A DNA stretch of 64,000 nucleotides from the human T2T-CHM13v2.0 reference genome, Homo sapiens: the NCBI RefSeq assembly GCF_009914755.1, contig NC_060936.1; one strand, given 5' to 3'. Shown here in pieces: positions 51,720 through 64,000 of the stretch. Position numbers and translations under genes: made by a program. The notes beneath the pieces were generated by a model. That model made no database searches. It was not told the DNA's origin and was given only the letters and a program-made list of their open reading frames with translations. How positions within the stretch are numbered: the first letter of the stretch is position 1; every line of letters starts with the position of its first letter.

Positions 51720-52268
51720 TGAGACGAGAAGTCTTCTTCCCACCGAAGGTTCTTCTCAATCGAAGGGTTCGTGGTCTCACGGGCTTCAAGGAATGAAGCC
51801 GTGGACGGCAGTGGCGAATGTTACAGCTCGATTAGAGAGTGTGCTGCGGCAAGATTTATTAAAGCGAAAGTGAAAGGAAAGCTTCCACGTGGGGGAAGGG
51901 GACCTGGAAGGGTTGCTGTTTCTGGCTTGGGTATCTTATGCTTACATCCCCTTATGACCCCTGCCCTCTTCCTTTTTCTGTCCTATAGAATCAGCTTATT
52001 TTCTATCTGCTTGTGGGTTGGCGGGCCTAGTTGGTTAAAAACATCAGGCTGAAGCTAGAGCTTAAACTCCCTATATGACTGGTTCAAGTTTCAACCACTT
52101 AGCTTGCAGCTATGAGTCATTTTGTCTTAGGGGAAAGTCCCCTTTGATTGGTTGAAGTTTCCATCCCTTAGCTTTCAGCTATGACTCATTTTGGCTTAGG
52201 GGAAAGTCCCCTTAGGGAAGTCCCTATTGACCCAGGAAGTCCAGCCAACTTAGCCACTTAGTCCCTCA
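51720..52268 (-). mobile_element. ERV1 solo LTR (549 bp, LTR12/HERV9-W-related U5)
   Basis: TG...CA ends, exact 4-bp TSD TTAC (51716-51719, 52269-52272); GGTCTCACGGGCTTCAAGGAATGAAGCCG and CAAGATTTATT resemble antisense LTR12. Confidence 0.88.
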
Positions 52269-52311
52269 TTACAACTCTTCCCATTTAACTGAATGAACCA
52301 CTCCTTTTTAA

Positions 52312-52614
<303 letters not shown>

Positions 52615-54669
52615 TAAAAATCACCACATATTTTAAAGCACTATTTGTCTCAGGGCATTGTGGGATTTCAGTGATGAACTGGATTTAGCTTTTAGGTTGA
52701 ACAGGAAACGTCAATAGAATTTTCGGTTTTCATGTCAGTGCAGATCTCGCAAAATAAAAATAAATGTGGCATTGGCTCTAAGGGCAGGGCCCATACACTA
52801 GTCCAGGCTATTCTGTAAATGATTAACACATCTCCAGGAGGAGATTGCCGCCCCAGAAACACCAATTCTGCTAAATACTGAAAGCAAATCTCACACTTGG
52901 GTTCTTGAGATCCCATAGAGTGTGGCTTTGCCATTCTAATCTCCTGGGGAGAGGGGAGATGTGGCAGGAAGAGACCACTGCACAGAAGACTCCTAGGCTG
53001 ATAAGAATGTGTGAAGATGACCTGCAGATGAATATGCAAAGGAGAGTGCATGGAGACCACCAGCAGAGGACTAAATTAGAAGAAACAATCTGGAAGGGTG
53101 CAGGCACTGGTTTGGCTGCCATTAGTCTGAAATCCATACAGGAATTCAGAGGGGAGACACATGTTGCTAGAGAGACCAATTCAGGGCTAGAGAGAGGCAG
53201 AAGTGAATCTTCAAAGACAAGAGCTAAATTTTCAGCTGTAAGGAAGGAAAGAGATATTATACCAAGGTGCCTTGATTCTGATGGTCATGGTAAGTCATTC
53301 ATTCATTCATTCATTCATTCATTCATCTGTTCGTTCATGCAGATTGTGGTGGTGGCACACAGGAGTTTAGTTTCAGACATATTAATTTAAAGATGCATAG
53401 TAGATATCTAACTGGAGACAGGTATTGGTAGTTGGATGGAGGAATCTTGAAGTAGGAAGAAATATTCAGGCTGAAGATATGAACTCTGTGATTTTTATTC
53501 TTATGTTTTTAAACTATTAATATATACCTTTTTCTGAAATCAATGAATTTCCCCAAGCAACTCCAGACAGATGTCTGGGGCCTCATTTATTTATTGGTTT
53601 CATAAATCTGAGCCCTCTTTGATTTAGCGTTATACAGCCAGCCCATCCCGGGCCTGATCTTTGCCATCCTAATCATGAACTAAGCCCCTGCCATGTAATT
53701 GTGTGTCTACTCCTCTGCCTCCGGGGATTGTAAGTACAGTGTTCTTCTTTATGCATCAAGATGTTATTGCTGAGATGTGAATCATGCAATTGCCAGGAGG
53801 GTCTCTGATCCCAGCTGCAACTTCTCCATTGAAGACTAGCACGCCCTACAGGGGGTTCAGAATAAAGGGAACCTCTTGACCACCCCTGAGAGCCCAGCCA
53901 ACCAGCAACCCCAATGCATGAATATATGGCCATGACCTCAGTAGTGATTGCTCTCTCTTGGATAGGCCAATCTGTCTTCTAGAAAGTTAAAATTCTTCAG
54001 TTAAAAAGGCTCATGTGGTGCAAACTTGTAAAGACAAGAGGGGGGAATGTTTCACATTCTAATGATCTGTTTTTGAAAGTAATTTGAGGGTCCTTATATA
54101 ACTCTGCTTTTTTTATGTTCCCACTGGATGTGCAACTATGTCATGCACGAGGCTGGGGACACCGAATGAATGAATGGAAAGTCAGTGAATAAATGACTGG
54201 GTTCTACGTAGACTCTGCCCCACCTGGGATCCAGTGTCTCACTGAGCAGCTGGTGAAACCTGATGCCTCCACTTCATACCTCTGTGACCTCCCTACTCCC
54301 TAGTTGCCTCTTCTAGCAGTAGACATGATAGACTTTCACTTGCTGGCCTCATTAATTCCAAAGATGACCTTGTGACTATGTCTGGCCAATGGTTTGCTAG
54401 CAAAAGCCAACCATCCCTCTTCTGGACTTGAGCATTTAAATCCCAGTGTCAAAACTTCCAGAGCTCTTCTTTCCCTTCAAGTCCAAAACCAAATAATCTA
54501 AATTTAGAATGGCATGTATAGTATGTATTACTTATGTAAAAATGGTGCAAAAAAGGGCGCATAACCATGTAATTGCTTGTAGATATATAGGATATTCTAA
54601 GGAAAATCAATAATAAACAGTAACATCTCGATCAAAATATCCCAACGCCAGTCCCAGATAAACGCATAA

Positions 54670-55022
<353 letters not shown>

Positions 55023-55196
55023 CCTGGCTGCAGTATTTCTTAAGTCAACCAGAATGAGCTCATCTTTTTTATGGAGAGACTTAAATAGAAATAACCAGCA
55101 TTTATGATGTGTCCATGTGATTCTAGGTAAGAGTTTTCATCCAGGGTGGTGGGTAATAAGAATAAATGCAGATGGACTATTCTTAAAAGTTGTATT

Positions 55197-55556
<360 letters not shown>

Positions 55557-55831
55557 TCAGACAGACAGGGCAAAAAACAAACAAACTAAAAAAAAATGTC
55601 TGGCCAGTGTTTAGTGTCTCTGGTTGTGCCATAATAATGTTGATGAAATCAAATAAGCGGCACATGAGGGAGAGTTGTTTTTGTGAGGAACTGTTGTAGA
55701 TTTGGCAACTGAGAAAGTGCAGGTGCTGAAAGCATCTGTTCATTTTCAATCATTATTATTGTTCACTCCCAGATATGCTGGCTATGTAAAAATATAAAGT
55801 CACTTCTACCAGTCATAAGAAAGATCGTTAT

Positions 55832-56249
55832 CGATAGAGCTGGGAGACAGCCAAATGTGGCCCAGGTCATTGTGCACAGGCAGCTTGCCTAAAGATGCCC
55901 ACAGTGAAAAATTTCATCCCTGAACCTATGCACAGTAAGGGAATAAAGCAATGTGGAGTGGCTCAGACTAAGGGCCCACCTGCCCACTGGGAGAAGCGAG
56001 GGGAGCCACTGTAAATTCACGCCTTATGCAGTGGGAGGAGCTTGGCCTCTTCAGCTCATGTGTGGTGGCCTGGTATTCAATCTGTGAGGTGGGAGCTTGT
56101 TGGCAGGGACCCCCTTTTTTTTGCTGAGAGCTTTCTTTTAATACATTTTGCCTTCCTCACATTTCAGTGTGTCCACGTGCCTAATTTTCCTGGTTGTGAG
56201 ACAAGAACCCAGGTTTTAGCTGTGCTAAGGAGCAAAAAATCCTGCATCA
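55832..56249 (+). mobile_element. MER52/LTR1-group ERV1 solo LTR (~420 bp)
   Basis: GATAGAGCTGGGAGACAGCC...GCTGAGAGCTTTCTTTTAATAC...AAAAATCCTGCATCA; same 3' end as the 46.3-kb LTR. Confidence 0.7.
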
Positions 56250-57789
56250 CTATTTTAAAAATGAATCCACAATGAGGTTGAAAGATGGGATTCTATGCAC
56301 ACACACACACACACACACACAATTGTTTGCATGCTTTCAAGCTTCATATAAATAGTGCAACTTGCTTTTGTTTTCTTAGTCATATAGTTTCAGATTTATT
56401 TGTGTTGAAAGATGTAGTTCTAGTGACTCCATTTTCAAGTAGTTATTTGGTATTTTATTTATTGATTTATTACACTGTTTTATCCATTATCTGGTTGGTA
56501 GACAATTATTATTTTTGACATTTCTGTGATTACAGATGATGCTGTTAAATATTCTTATATCTATCTCCTTGTGCACATATACAGACACACCCACGTACAT
56601 GCCTATGTGTATATATAATATACATGTATTATATAAAATACTTTATGTGTATATACATATGCATATACACATCACACACATGTATATACACATGCATACA
56701 CACAAACATCTGTATGTTTAAAAATTACATATACACTCAAGAATGGAATTGCCGCTTGATATTGCATATATATCTTTAATTTTACTAGATATTGTGGAAT
56801 TGATTTTCCAAAGTTCTCCCGCTAAGATACATTCCCAGAAGCAATGTATGAACATTCTGGTCTCCTTATATCTTCTCTATAATGGTTGGTACTGTCAGGT
56901 GTCTAAATTGTCTGCCCATATTTTGGATGCTCGGTAGTAGTTCATTTGCTTTAATGTGCGTCCATGGAATTGACAGTGAAAATGAACCACCACCTATATA
57001 TGTCTTTTGCCTATTTGAAATTATTCTCTAAAATATCCATTTATAATGTTCACTGATTTTTCTGTTAGTTTGTTTGTATTTTACTTATTGCTTTGTTAAA
57101 ACTCCTTCTCTATTCTGGATACTATTCTCTTGTGTTTTGTGAGTTATGAATATCTTTTTGTATTTTGTAATCTGCATTTTTTATTTTTTGTCTTTTATTC
57201 TATAGAGTGATGTATTTGGCTGTTCAGTTATGGTTTGCAAGAATTTTTTAAATATAAGCATAATTGCCACTATGTATCCAACAATTGGTAAGCTCTAATC
57301 TTTGATGTATATTATCTTAGTGCTCACATCAACCTTGTGAACAAAGCATTGTCATTATCTCCACTTTACCAACGAAGACTCTGAGATCAGAAAGTCGAGT
57401 CAATTTCCTAGGGTGAAACAGTCAGTATGGTGCTGAACTTAATCCAGCTTCTTGTGTCCTCAAGTCTATGTCTTTAAAAATGTCAATAAATAAGTGATAC
57501 ATTGGCCTAGTTGTTCAGGATGTAGGGAAGAGATTAGCACATGTGCTATAGTGTGGGTGGGGACACAATGGTATTTAGGAGAGTCATTCATTCATTCATT
57601 CATTCATCCTGTGTGCATCTGTCCATTCCCTTCATCATTTCAGTCATCAGACTTCTACTGGGTGTCTACCACGTTCCAAGTACTCCACTGAAAACAGAGG
57701 TAACCAAAAGAATAAGAGAGAACCTGTGCTCAAAATCACCAGTGTGTGTACAAAGGGTTGTGTTCCATGGTACCATTAAAGGAAGTAAA

Positions 57790-59990
57790 AAGGGTAATGA
57801 AATTTAAACTCATAACATACATAAATAAATTATAATGAAGATAAGAGCAAAAACATCAATAATATTTATAATAGATAACAAATAGAGAACATGAATGAAA
57901 ACCATAGCTACTGCTTTGAAAAGATTAATAACATTGATAAACCTGTAGCTTAAGTGAACACTAATAAAAGACATACATTACCAGTATGAGAAATAAACTA
58001 GGTAACATCCCTAACATGCTACAGATGCTAATATAATAATAATGAGATGCAATGAACAACTTTGTATCCATATGTTTGATAACTTAGATGAGATGGACAA
58101 ATTCCTTGAAAGGCACAAACTGTGAAAGCTCATTCAGAAGAAATAAGTAAATAGTGTTACTTATTTTAATTTAATTTAGAGTCTCAAACCTTCCAAACAA
58201 AGAGAAACTCAGACCCAGGTAGCTCCACTAGTGAATTCTATCATACATTTAAGAAAAAAAATAATAATCCTACGTAAACTCTTTAGATAACAGAAGAGAA
58301 CACTTCAGAGCTCATTTGATGAGACCAGATTGTCCTGATACCAACATCAGACAAATGCAGAAATTACAAAACCAGAAAACTATAGACCAATTAATTGCTT
58401 ATGAAGATAAATAAAAATTATCAACAAACTATTAGCAAATCAAATCCAGCAGTAAAACAAACAAAAAAATAACATGCCCAAACCAAACAGGGCTAATTCC
58501 AGGACTATAAGGCTACTTCAACATCCATTAATCAATTAATGTAATTCAAAATATCAGCAGATTAAAGAAGAAAAGCCATCTGATCCTTTGAATTGATGCT
58601 GTAAAAGCATTTGACAAAACCTAACGTCAATTTATGGCAAAAAATCTTAGCAAACTAGGAATGTAACTATTTTACCTTAATAAATAGCATCCATAAAAAT
58701 CGTATGTTTAACAACATATTAAAGGCTGAAATAATTAAAGTTTTCCCTGAAAAGAACAGAAACAAGGCAAGGATGTTCATCTCACCCATCTTATTCAACA
58801 TTGTACTAAAATTCCTAGCCCATGAATAGGAGAAGAAAAAGAAATGAAATAAAAGGCATGTGGATTAGAAAGGGAGAAAGAAACCCTTCTCTATTCATAA
58901 GGAACAAAACTGTCTTACAGAAAATCAAATACATTTTGAAAAAAAAACGGTAAAAGTAATTAGGGATTTATCAAGAATATAGTGTAAAATGTCAATATAT
59001 CAAAAACTCAATTGTATTTCTATATAGTATCAATGAACAAATTGAAATGGAAACATAAAAGTGCTATTACAATAATACCCAAAACTATCAAAACTATGAA
59101 TCATTTAAGTTTATGTCTAGTAACATATATGTAGGACCTATATACTGAAAACTATAAAACACCAATAAAATAAGTTAGAGAACGATACTCATGTTAATGT
59201 ATTAAGAGACTCAACATTTTTAGTATGTGATTTCTCTCCAGACAGATCTACAGTTTTAATTTAATATTCATCTAAATCTCAGAAGATTTTTGCTGATATT
59301 GGCAAGCTGACTCTAAAACATTTGTAGAAATGCAAAGGATCTTGAACAGCCCAGATAATTTTTAAGAACAACAAAATTGGAGGTCTCAAGCCTTAAAACT
59401 ATCCAAATTTACACCTTAGCATAAAGGCATAAAGTTTCAGTAATCAAGCCAGTCTGACATTAGTGAAAGAATAGACACATAGTAAATCAATGATTGAAAG
59501 GAAGAATACTCCACAATGGACACACAGGTATACAGTTAATTGACTTTCAACATAGGTGGAAGTTAATTCCATGGACAATGGATAATATTTGCAACAAATG
59601 GTGCTAGAACAATTATGAATACAAAATATGCCACAAATAACACTTGATATGTGCCCCACACAGTCTTTACATAAGTTAACTCAAATTGAATTACAGACCT
59701 AAAGGCAAACATCAAACTACAAAAATTACAAGAAAACATAGAAGAAACTACTTATGACCTCAAATTAGACAAATAATAATGCTTAGATATTATACCAAAA
59801 ACATGATCAATAAAAAGGAAAATTGATAAAATTGGCTTTTAAAGAATTAAACACTTCTTCTCTGCCAAAGACATTGTGAAGAGAATGAAAAGGCTATCTG
59901 TAGAATGAAAGAAAATATTTGCGAAGCTTACATCGGATACTGAACTAATGTCCAGAATAACAAAAAAAAACACTCTTAAAATTCAAGTTA
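57790..59990 (+). mobile_element. Decayed L1M ORF2 fragment (~2.2 kb)
   Basis: GATAACTTAGATGAGATGGACAAATTCCTTGAAAG, ATTGATGCTGTAAAAGCATTTGACAAAA, AAAATATTTGC; frame broken. Confidence 0.9.
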
Positions 59991-60334
59991 GACAGTGGTC
60001 ATTCTGTGCTTTTAAAATACTGTTGAATGTACAGAGGTGCCTTGGGAGTATCGGCTGCGATTGAGGGGAAGGCTCTGTAGACAGAGATCCAGCCTCCCCC
60101 GCAACCAGTCATATCTGTTCTGCAGTGGTTCTATAGCTTAATGGGAGTGGGGTAATCAGTCACCTCTGAAGATGGCCCAGGAGCAGTCAAAAGTTCCATG
60201 AAACCCTTAGAAAGACGCAGGTTGGAGACAGACACCTCATCTTTCAAAAAGTCAAGCAGCCAGTTTTCCCTCTGGATTTGGGACAGTTGTTGAGTTAATG
60301 CAAGTACTGGACTTGAGCTTGGCCATCATATTCC

Positions 60335-60335
<1 letters not shown>

Positions 60336-60377
<42 letters not shown>

Positions 60378-60391
60378 GCGCACACACACAC
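60336..60391. repeat. (CA)n(CG)n(CA)n microsatellite
   Basis: 56 nt of uninterrupted alternating purine-pyrimidine with a CGCGCG core. Confidence 0.95.
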
Positions 60392-61125
60392 CCTTCAAAC
60401 AGTAGTCACAGCAGTGCAGTGAGACTCTCACATTATGAGAAGCATTTGAAAACGGAACCTGCTATTAAGGAAATAACAGACCTTCATCTTTATCTCCTAC
60501 TAATTCCAGGACACAGACATTTTTCCTGGAATTGTGGTTGAATTTCCTACACTATTTAGATTACCTTTACATCCTCTTCCTTCTTCCTCTCCTCTCGCTT
60601 TTCTTCCTCCTTCCCTTTTTCCTCCCCTTCTTTCTCTCTTCTTTTGTTCAGTATAAATATATATGATGCTCAGAGTAAACCTGTATATGCTTTTCAGCAC
60701 AAATGTTATACGATGTTCAGTGTTGACGTGCATATGATGTTCAGGGTAAATGTGAATATAGTATATACACATTTTCTTGTAAGACTTTCTTGTAAGACTT
60801 CATTTGAAGAAAGAGTTCTGCAGGTCACTGTTATAGTGTACCATAAATGAGGAAAATTGAATCACTTGAAGCTAGGTGTCTTCTTTGTGTACTGAAGCAA
60901 ATAAACGAGATAGGACTAGGAGCCAGGCTTCTTCAACTTCAGTCCAGTGCTCTTTTTCTTTGACACAAGTTCTTTCTATTTTGAGGAATTCATAAATTAA
61001 CAACCAGAGAAAATACTCTTACAGGGAAATCAGAGGTTCAGAATGCAGAGGTGACCTCTCTTTCCCATGTTCTCCCAAAACACACTTCCTTTAAATGGGC
61101 AAAGCTTGGCTATACCTCTCTCAGT

Positions 61126-61126
<1 letters not shown>

Positions 61127-61195
<69 letters not shown>
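61127..61195. repeat. (CT)~34 microsatellite
   Basis: Pure CT dinucleotide run. Confidence 0.97.
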
Positions 61196-61198
<3 letters not shown>

Positions 61199-62914
61199 CT
61201 GGAAGACAATCGTTATTGTCAACATAAATTCTGTACTGAGCAATATCTGGGCAGGTCTGGAGACTGGAGTTCAGGCACACTCTCCCTCTCCACCCCTCCT
61301 TCCTTCTTGTTGCTGTATCTGAGCAGCCAGGCTGGGCAGCCAGTGTTTCCTGAAGGCCCCCCCACACTGAGGCTGTCATGACTCAGGGGATGGGAAGAGG
61401 TACAGTGTTTACTAAAGATATGATTTTCATGGAAGTGGCCTTGGGAAAGCAACATTTTTTTGAAAACAAGCTCTATCCTTTAGTTTGACGACAGAAACAG
61501 GGAGCTAACCTGTGTCACCACTCGACTGCAAGTGTCAGCTGTCCCAAAACACACAGACATGTATGTGTACACACATACACACACACTCTTCCCTACTCCA
61601 AAGGAAATAGATCTATGGCTGAAATAACATACTAGACTCATCAAAGGGTACTAGTAGTTCCTAGATTGTAAGCATCATGCAGCACTTTTTTGAATTCAAA
61701 AGACTTATCAAAAATAGATCAGGAGCAGATAAAATTAATATTTATGAACTCAATTATATAGAAATGGACCTTTAGCAAGCATGCCAGCTGCTAACATTTA
61801 TAAGGTCTCTTTTCTCTGGCTCCTGGAATATAACTTTAAAAATACATAAAAGTAATTCCAGCTTAATTGGATTGTCCTTCTTCGCTGTGCTTTGGCAGAG
61901 TTCCTACAGTTGGTTTAGCTTAAAAGTCAGAGAGGAGGAGGAAGAGCCCGCAGTGTGGCTTTAGCAGGATTCAAAGGCCAGTGTCAAAAAAAGTTATGTT
62001 CTACTTCTTCCCTTGCTGGATTTTTCAAAATCTACTGATGAATGGCTTTTTTTTGGGGGGGGATACCTGTCTCTCTTCATTGTCATCACCCATCAATGTC
62101 AAAGTCAGTCATCAGTCTACAAGTCGTGTCTGTGATAAGAAGTTTCCCATAATGAAATGTATACTTTCATATACTTTTTCCCATAATGGAAAGTGTTGCT
62201 TATAGGTGTTCACTGTGTATGCTCTCCATTCACCCCTTCCATAAGCACTGTACTCCCTTCTCAAATCTGGAAAAGATTAAAGGTTGAGACAAGTTGACTA
62301 ATGGTTTTGCACATTATAGACAAGCTCGTTTCAGGCTAATGAAATTAAAACAAATTCAATAATGATACTTTCTGTGCAGAGCTCCTTGTAGTTTCTAATG
62401 TCCTTTCTCTTACTCTGTTTTCTATTGTGTTACCAAAGATTGTATGAGGTTATCACTGTTATCCCCAAATTCTAAAATGCAGGTGGTCAAATCATTAATC
62501 CATGCCATGTACTAGTTAGAAGGAGCATAACCACATTCCAAGATACACCCGAAAACTCAACGGATGGCAACACTCCATAACGTAGCACAAGGGCATGTGT
62601 GGTTCTTGCATGTTAGTATATATGTGTGTTCAGAAACAGGGAAGAGAGCTGTGCATTGTGACTCCAACACGAAATGTTGTGTAAGTCCCTCATTTAATAG
62701 AGCAGAGTCTATTTTCCACAAAACTATGAACTACATAGCTCACCCCGAAGGAGAAACCCATGAAGTAGGATTTAGTTACATTCTTCTGCAGTTTGTTGAT
62801 AATTATTCTTGTTAGAATGCAGCAATGTGGAAATGCATTTCATGCTGTTTCATGCTGGGTTTTAAATTGCCTCTTTAACATGTTCGTGTTTGTGTCTTGA
62901 AGAACCACATTCAC

Positions 62915-63433
62915 ATCACAGGCCTAAGACCACTACCTTCAGAAAGCCTTGTGTGCAAGGTAAACCTTTGGCTATCATCTGGAAACTAGGATTTTAAGAG
63001 GGTTCCCTAACTGATATGAGGGGTTTTCTGTGCCTAAATGTCTGCACAGTGTTGTTTATGCTGAAAACCTGCTTTCCTTCTGGGAGTCTGGAATTTTGGT
63101 ACATTCGAGGCAGATAATGTGACCAGAATCCGATGCAACCAGTGAGCTCATTCTGAGTCTCTAAGGGGCTTCCCTGGGCAGAACCATTACATGCATATTT
63201 CAGCACTTTTGTTTCTAGGAAACAACGTTTCTATGTGACCCTCTTGGGAGAAGGAGCATAGGAAGCCTTCACGTGGTTGCCTACAGACTGCATCTTGTTT
63301 CCTTACGATCTCACTGTGCGTCCTTCCTGCATCTCTGTAATATTTCTTAGCTGGGAGAACCTCTCTATATTGGGTCTCATGCATGCTTCCAGTGAATCTC
63401 TGAACATAGGGGTAGTCTTAGGGGCCCCTGACA
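62915..63433 (+). mobile_element. MER21A-like LTR
   Basis: CCTGCTTTCCTTCTGGGAGTCTGGAATTTTGGTAC...GGGGTAGTCTTAGGGGCCCCTGACA. Confidence 0.8.
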
Positions 63434-63456
63434 TTGTTCTACAGAGCAATTGGCTC

Positions 63457-63475
63457 ATTCCACGAGATGGTGCTG
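63457..63475 (+). promoter_or_regulatory. Possible CTCF motif
   Basis: CCACGAGATGGTGCT fits the CCACnAGrTGGnGCT variant of the core. Confidence 0.45.
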
Positions 63476-64000
63476 GTTGACTTACGACTTGACAGCAGCA
63501 GTGGCTTCATTTGGGCTCAGGAAGTTACCTGGCAGGTGACGAACCTGGGGAGTGAGCTGGTTTTCTAGCATTTTCATCAGGCAGACGACCTGCGGGCACT
63601 GTCCTTTTTAAAATGGTAAGAGGTGTTTGCTTTAAAAAGCAGATGTTACAATATTTTTTCTTTCATTTTCACAACAATTTTTTTTCATTTTTTACTATTA
63701 AAAAGAACATTACATTTTTATACTTTGCCCTTTCCCATGTGCCTAATGCAAGTTGTTTAAACAGGAAAAATACACTTCGGTAATGCTCAATTTACTGATT
63801 GCATCGTGAGAGCTCCCTGGAAACTATTAAGTTCTTCTATTTAAATCCTTCTTTCTTTGTAGGGGTTACTGAACTGGTTCCCCTAGACCCCTTGTTTTCT
63901 ATGTCCTCAATTTGCCTGTACATCAAGACTGAATTCTCTAGTTAGTAAAGATGGGTTCATCGGAATATATCGTGGCATATGGCAGATGCAGCAACTTCCT

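Noticed and set aside
61067-61381. (SL)n and (ER)n ORFs
   Set aside because: Translation of the (CT)n microsatellite.

Overview
Primate, very probably human, genomic DNA (AluY/S/J, L1PA, THE1/MST, MER elements). Much of the window is interspersed repeat. A CpG island at ~5.7-7.6 kb carries several splice donors on both strands. At 21.5-24.9 kb there is a plus-strand chain of candidate exons that the unspliced ORF track misses: three internal exons of 90/93, 105 and 150 nt, all compatible with phase 1, then a terminal exon with a predicted transmembrane helix, a TAG stop and an ATTAAA signal. The shared frame is broken by one TGA in the 105-nt exon. This is either a small single-pass membrane protein gene (88 aa from ATG 24386, or ~195 aa from the CpG island if the 105-nt exon is skipped), a recently disabled gene, or a spliced lncRNA. 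I do not recognise the gene. Other points: a 33-nt tailless U2 retrocopy, a perfect 164-bp tandem duplication, a near-consensus CTCF site at 27.3 kb, a solo ERV1 LTR with duplicated AP-1/NF-kB modules, nested LTR insertions and a cluster of non-B-DNA-prone repeats at 60-61 kb. Repeat subfamily names come from recalled consensus sequences and boundaries without a TSD are approximate.
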